Shown: one piece after another, positions 62,230-64,000 of the stretch
Numbering within the stretch: the stretch's first letter is position 1
Layout of the letters: the number at the start of each line of letters is the position of its first letter
Source: Escherichia phage vB_EfeM_pEP20
Sequence record: OQ743992
Direction: 5' to 3' (one strand)
Length of the DNA stretch: 64,000 nt
Program-made: the position numbers and the translations under genes
Notes under the pieces: generated by a model
The model's input: the letters and a program-made list of their open reading frames with translations, nothing else
Told to the model about the DNA's origin: nothing
The model's database searches: none

Positions 62230-63582
62230 TTATTCGTAAGCCACTGTACCTTTCAAGTCAACATCCAAGATAGCCCCTGCTAAGATACCTGAGAAGGTAA
62301 CATCTTTCAGGATACGAGCTTTCTTGTCTGCTAAAGCAACTTGAGAGGCTTTAGGAACATTAACTGTGTAAGATGACAGGAAGTTTCTGTTGACTGCTCT
62401 TTGTAGAGAGGTTTCAATGACTTGACGAATACGGGTAATACCAGTATCATCATAAGTAATCTTACCACCCTTCTGGTTAATTAGCAAGTCTCTCAGAGAA
62501 GTTTTCAGGTCTGATTCTAACCAGTCAACACCACGGATGATATCAATCCATTCCCCACCAGAAGTAATCCCTCTACGAACCACTGGAACACCACCATCAA
62601 GGTCAATAAAGTTACAGTGACGTGCATCTAAAGCTGACTTCTGAATACTTGTCAGAGGTCTCTGATTAGATGGTTGTAGAGAAGCAGCTACACCAGTTAA
62701 CTGTGCGTTACCCCAAGCAATTGAACCTGCATCATATGGAGCACCATAAGCAATGTATGCCATTTCTGGATAGTCTTCTGCTGCTGTGTGATGCCACAAG
62801 CAAACGGTACGAGTGTACTGACTCTTAGCAAGCTGTGCTGGAACATCATTTGAACTAGCTAATTCTGTACCTTGCAGTGCTGTTACATCAGAGTTAGCTG
62901 TAAAGAAAATCTTCTTACGAGCTTGAATCTCAGAAGCCATTGCTAAGACAAACTGTTGAGTTCTGTCTTCTGCTGCAATGAAATACCAGTCAGTTGAATA
63001 AGCTTCAATAGCTGCCAGAGCAGTCGATGCTGTGTCAGCAGTTGTACTTGCAATTGACACTGTTTGTGCTGTAGTAGTAACCTTCACGAAGTCGTTCACA
63101 CCAGCTTTGGTGATTACCATTGTTGCTGAACCGCCAGCACCAGTTACATTGACAGTGACCTTATCTTTAATTGTTGGGTCAGCTTCAATCTGTGTTTTGA
63201 ACTGCTGTAGCACTTTCTCAGCGGTATCTGATGTCTGTGCTGTATACTGGAATGGCTGGGAAACTCCACCGCTCACAGCTACAGTTAAAGAATAATCTGT
63301 GCTCTCAGCAACCTCATCAGGAATTGATACAGTGTACTGCATAGCACGTCTACCAATATAAAGCTGGGTTACTTTAGGAGTCTGACTCCAAAGTTGTTTA
63401 GCAGCCTTATATGCAGCAGAGTTTTCATCGAAATCTTCAGCAACTTCAGTTAAGGAAGTGTAACCACGGACTCTTTCTTCAAAGTTATCTGTTGAAGCTA
63501 AAAATAGTGGTAGCCCAAAACCTTCTCTTGTAGTTCCTGCGGTGTTCAATGTAATATCTACATTAACAATTGGATTCCACAT
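62230..63582 (-). CDS. Putative tail sheath protein (450 aa)
   Basis: Size and position before tube gene (contractile-tail order). Confidence 0.55.
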   Translation of the reverse strand: MWNPIVNVDITLNTAGTTREGFGLPLFLASTDNFEERVRGYTSLTEVAEDFDENSAAYKAAKQLWSQTPKVTQLYIGRRAMQYTVSIPDEVAESTDYSLTVAVSGGVSQPFQYTAQTSDTAEKVLQQFKTQIEADPTIKDKVTVNVTGAGGSATMVITKAGVNDFVKVTTTAQTVSIASTTADTASTALAAIEAYSTDWYFIAAEDRTQQFVLAMASEIQARKKIFFTANSDVTALQGTELASSNDVPAQLAKSQYTRTVCLWHHTAAEDYPEMAYIAYGAPYDAGSIAWGNAQLTGVAASLQPSNQRPLTSIQKSALDARHCNFIDLDGGVPVVRRGITSGGEWIDIIRGVDWLESDLKTSLRDLLINQKGGKITYDDTGITRIRQVIETSLQRAVNRNFLSSYTVNVPKASQVALADKKARILKDVTFSGILAGAILDVDLKGTVAYE

Positions 63583-63906
63583 TTATTTTACCCCTTTGGA
63601 GTCTACATCTAGATGGATAGTGTATTCTGGTGGCTCTTGCCCTTCTTCGTAAGCTAATTCACCATCAACAATGACACGCTCAATAATACTTCCACGTTCA
63701 TCCTTCAGGACTGAATTTTTTACAAGAGTTACAACAAGAGGCGCAGAATTTTCGAAATCTGTATTAAGATAAGTATAGTCATTTGGGATAGCTCCAGTGT
63801 CTAAAACTGTAGCTCCCGTCTCTTCAAGAATTAAATCCCTGACTGAACTCATCTCTAATCGTTGTTTAAGCTCAAGCATGATGCTGTGAGCACCTTTACC
63901 ATTCAC
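63583..63906 (-). CDS. Hypothetical structural protein (107 aa; start codon uncertain)
   Basis: Track start is a non-ATG codon; an upstream ORF continues past the window end. Confidence 0.35.
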   Translation of the reverse strand: MNGKGAHSIMLELKQRLEMSSVRDLILEETGATVLDTGAIPNDYTYLNTDFENSAPLVVTLVKNSVLKDERGSIIERVIVDGELAYEEGQEPPEYTIHLDVDSKGVK

Positions 63907-64000
63907 CGTAATTAGTACAGGAATCTGAAAAGCAATTCTGTAGCAAACTACATCATCCTCAACAAACTTATCAAGAACCCAACCATAAGGTGTTGCAGCA

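Overview
This window looks like part of a virulent, contractile-tailed dsDNA phage genome with Gram-negative-style signals (GGAG-type ribosome-binding sites, a lipobox lipoprotein, overlapping Rz/Rz1-like genes); gene content resembles Felix O1-type myophages, but that is inference without a database search. Layout, left to right: (1) a 1-kb noncoding block dense in TAACA(A/G) iterons; (2) a minus-strand cluster of about 15 small ORFan genes (1082-7216) separated by two families of repeated intergenic cassettes; (3) a 500-bp intergenic region with a triplicated 22-bp motif; (4) a translationally coupled minus-strand operon ending in a TARG1/DarG-like macrodomain protein; (5) minus-strand early and metabolic genes (secreted lytic transglycosylase-like protein, HAD phosphatase, rIIB, rIIA, a NAMPT-like plus PRPP-synthetase-like pair matching the NARP1 NAD+ reconstitution pathway, HNH and GIY-YIG endonucleases, NrdG, NrdD, NrdH, NrdB, NrdA, FEN/RNase H, SSB-like protein, T7 gp4-like primase-helicase, dNMP kinase); (6) a plus-strand block (T7-like family A DNA polymerase interrupted by an intron-like insertion carrying an HNH gene, small proteins, ATP-dependent ligase, DHFR, thymidylate synthase); (7) a minus-strand tail module (two tail fibres, baseplate, tape measure, tube, sheath). 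Most notable: a possible ADP-ribose/NAD+ counter-defence theme (a PARP/diphtheria-toxin-like ORF, the macrodomain operon, the NARP1-like pair) and four unusual arrays with strict 5-bp NNGGT periodicity flanking a two-gene module. No tRNA, rRNA or CRISPR array was recognised. Functional calls rest on motifs read by eye and recalled family signatures. Coordinates of hand-placed hairpins and repeats are approximate to a few bases; CDS coordinates come from the ORF track, with starts moved to the best-supported ATG/GTG where stated.
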